This document shows positions 63,501 through 64,000 of a stretch of DNA of 64,000 bases, in pieces. Source of the DNA: Bacteroidota bacterium. Its GTDB lineage: Bacteria; Bacteroidota; Bacteroidia; UKL13-3. Location: the NCBI GenBank assembly GCA_027487835.1, contig JAIYCU010000028.1:22930-86929 (forward strand), in the 5' to 3' direction. Numbering within the stretch: position 1 is the stretch's first letter; each line of letters starts with the position of its first letter. The translations under genes and the position numbers were made by a program. The notes under the pieces were generated by a model. The model was not told where the DNA came from, searched no databases, and saw only the letters and a list, made by a program, of their open reading frames with translations.

Positions 63501-64000
63501 GGCTGCAGATGCATGTTCAGGTGTTAGAACCTTAAACAATACGGGCAGCACTGCAGTTTCTTATCAAGTTAGGATAGATAATGGATCATTTACAAATCAA
63601 ACTACCTTCCCTTACGACATTACTGGACTAAGCGCTGGTCAGCATAGGATTGCTTTAAAATCAATTAATGGCAGTTGCGAAGATATTGATGAAGATACAA
63701 TTGAGGTTGGAAGTGTAACAGCAGGATTTACCCCAACACCAAGTACTTGTAACAAAAGTGTATCTTTCTTAAACACTACTGTTGCTTCTTATGGTGCACC
63801 AACTTATGCTTGGACCTTTACAGGAGCAAGCCCAAGTAGCAGTACAAGTACCAACCCTAGCACTACTTATACAAGTTCTGGCATCAACAGTGCAAGCTTA
63901 GTGGCAACCTTAAGTAATGGATGTTCTTCAACAAGTACTAATGCAACCATTAATGTTTCAAGTGGTACTGGCCCAGTGCCATCGTTTTCAAGTAGTTTCA
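57589..64000 (+). CDS. Giant surface protein/adhesin with YDG repeats, an MBG-like domain and many PKD domains; runs off the window
   Basis: ATG at 57589 with signal peptide MKHVYKQMKFVLGLSLFALFCLVGINANG; no stop seen in frame +1 where checked, up to the window end (2137 codons); KEYDG repeats, then W(N/D)FGDG PKD motifs. Confidence 0.9.
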   Translation, partial: MKHVYKQMKFVLGLSLFALFCLVGINANGQTASVTLGSNPACLGVSNAIEITYSGLSTGDEYAVKWGATTVGTITAPHSGSGTVNLNTNSLVSTSPTGFEFENQTTPGIDATASFTLNDLPAAPGFDSDYSGIYDGTFHTGVVTVNVGESVVWYTASSGGSETDGLKAAGTATFYAAAKIDATGCFSSSRTSADVAIGAKTLTVNVTAQNKEYDGNDAAALSSASFSGALGGDDVNIGGTVTANFNDKTVDNGKAVSLSGVYTKSGTDAGNYSITQPSGLTADITPKELTVNVSVSDKEYDGNDVATLGSASFIGVVGADDVNIGGTVTANFNNKTVSFGKPVSFNGTYTKSGTDAGNYYITQPSGAIANVNYKALTVNVSANNKEYDGNDVATLSSASFVGVIGGDDVTLGGTVTANFLDKTVDNGKAVDLNGAYTKSGTDAGNYNLTQPSGLTADITPKELTVNVTANNKEYDGNDGATLGSASFVGVVGGDDVTIGGTVTANFNNKTVNNGKAVSLSGVYTKSGTDADNYSITQPTGLTANVTAKELTVSVTANSKEYDGNDGATLGSASFVGVVGGDDVTIGGTVTANFNNKTVNNGKAVSLSGFYTKSGTDAGNYSITQPTGLTANVTAKELTVSVTANNKEYDGNDVATLSSASFVGVVGGDDVTIGGTVTANFNNKTVNNGKAVSLSGVYTKSGADAGNYSITQPSGLTANVTAKNLNISVTAQNKIFDGNDEATLNSASFSNLISGDDVTLGGTVTANFNNINVGNTKPVSLTGTYTKSGPDAGNYNLIQPSGLTANITHQPITITALNQAKCQGTGVTLNGTEFSISGIISPDEVTSVTLTTSGASSGAAASSTQYAIVPSAAVGSGLSNYSISYVNGGFLVRSNPTASFSFNDNTQCFVGHGFNLSNTSSNGSTTGSGTINAWSWTATGSSNAAFTGVGPHGPLTYASHGDYTINLSVTDQHGCTNSTNFTNNVRVYQHPTASFTTAETSGTANNDYNICTGATVTFNGSGSSFGFGASSLLYQWRKDNVDQVGSGATSSIYTPAVNAVSNPDAITYTLRVTDNNGCTSNAFATEPSQVINVYPFANPSLTTPDMGAQGSYGTTSLNGNGGQLICNGAAIFSGSATIPSGSVVSYIFNYGDGSLLEAVTDPSLMKHTFPTVTNVPWGTPGEPNVRYSIQMTAVTNQGCSTSTTISRDIKTGPDASVGLTDAATQNLTGNSFEFLFGNVDRHPSYKITNLWDFGDGTTTTASYLNITPKIYTAAGNYRAHLIIYTNTGCTDTAHYDVTVTPAAAASFSVTPNSCANRNVAFNSGASVGAISYAWNFGDGNTSTLANPTHTYAADGSFTATLTINGGVSTTNQSVTVITNPIAGTISSNLNSCTNEYTFSSNATGSNLSYAWSLAGGSGAASTTSSIQRSYSTSATATVDLTVTANGACSTLVSQLSFTPEVAIPGPDAGVSATLVSACSTSVTITNSSVNADTYEVKVDAGAYASQTTFPYNIDYLTPGVHTIYLKASASGLCPDETSVNVTIAPALAGFDATPPACGKTISFTNTSSISYGTATYNWNFNSGEGTSTSTNPDFTFATGGSKPVTLTVTTVSGCTIGVTGGVNVSTLVGPTASYSHSAATGCGNGKQFTNTTIGSGLTFNWNFGDNTNTNVENPIKYFASSGNHQVILTVSDGVCSNSSTQTISISPFSGNAASFEEGNGSYTQALSGNNFYFENTTTHTANGGWTPSYSWNFGDATTSTNTHVFNKTYAAAGTYTITLTATSSLGCSTTFTRNVTITASNTANFSYTPNACGSLDIAFNSSASIGATAYSWNFGDGNSSTLANPTHTYAAAGTYAVILTINGSVVSTPQSVIVTTAPTGVSITPASNACTSTYSYTAAATGSNLTYHWSFTNVDGGSLSSTSAVVNKSYTASGTENATLTVSSGACSTSVTLSGYSVSVAGALVTANLTVSAADACSGVRTLNNTGSTAVSYQVRIDNGSFTNQTTFPYDITGLSAGQHRIALKSINGSCEDIDEDTIEVGSVTAGFTPTPSTCNKSVSFLNTTVASYGAPTYAWTFTGASPSSSTSTNPSTTYTSSGINSASLVATLSNGCSSTSTNATINVSSGTGPVPSFSSSF
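58183..60009 (+). repeat. Seven tandem 261-bp (87-aa) YDG-domain repeats
   Basis: KEYDG/KIFDG codons start at 58219, 58480, 58741, 59002, 59263, 59524 and 59785, a constant 261-bp spacing. Confidence 0.92.

Overview
AT-rich Bacteroidota chromosome segment, judged from T9SS C-terminal sorting domains, TAnnTTTG promoters and the protein families. 1-19 kb: two giant paralogous T9SS-secreted proteins. One is a 2237-aa triple phosphatase (choice-of-anchor-I + 5'-nucleotidase + PhoX-like). The other is a 1777-aa paralogue whose PhoX-like domain has lost five predicted active-site residues. A signal-peptide katG divergent from oxyR and an AraC/porin pair follow. 19-47 kb: about 28 kb in which every credible gene is on the minus strand. 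It is punctuated by six degenerate copies of one non-coding element (operator-like palindrome, TAnnTTTG promoter, GTT core site) and by two homologous attC-like hairpins. Together these look like a decaying, integrase-less, multi-platform integron-like cassette array. Its right half (35-46.5 kb) is a defence island: MmeI-type remnant, YejK/NdpA + membrane protein pair, hsdR::hsdS deletion scar, REase-NACHT, REase remnant, RloC-like ATPase and SIR2-like protein. 47-48.3 kb holds a perfect 44-bp palindrome, a helical hypothetical gene and a 13 x 21-bp minisatellite. 49-64 kb: envelope genes, rsmE, and the first 2137 codons of a YDG/PKD-repeat surface protein that is missing from the ORF track. 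All family calls come from motif recognition by eye; no database searches were run.
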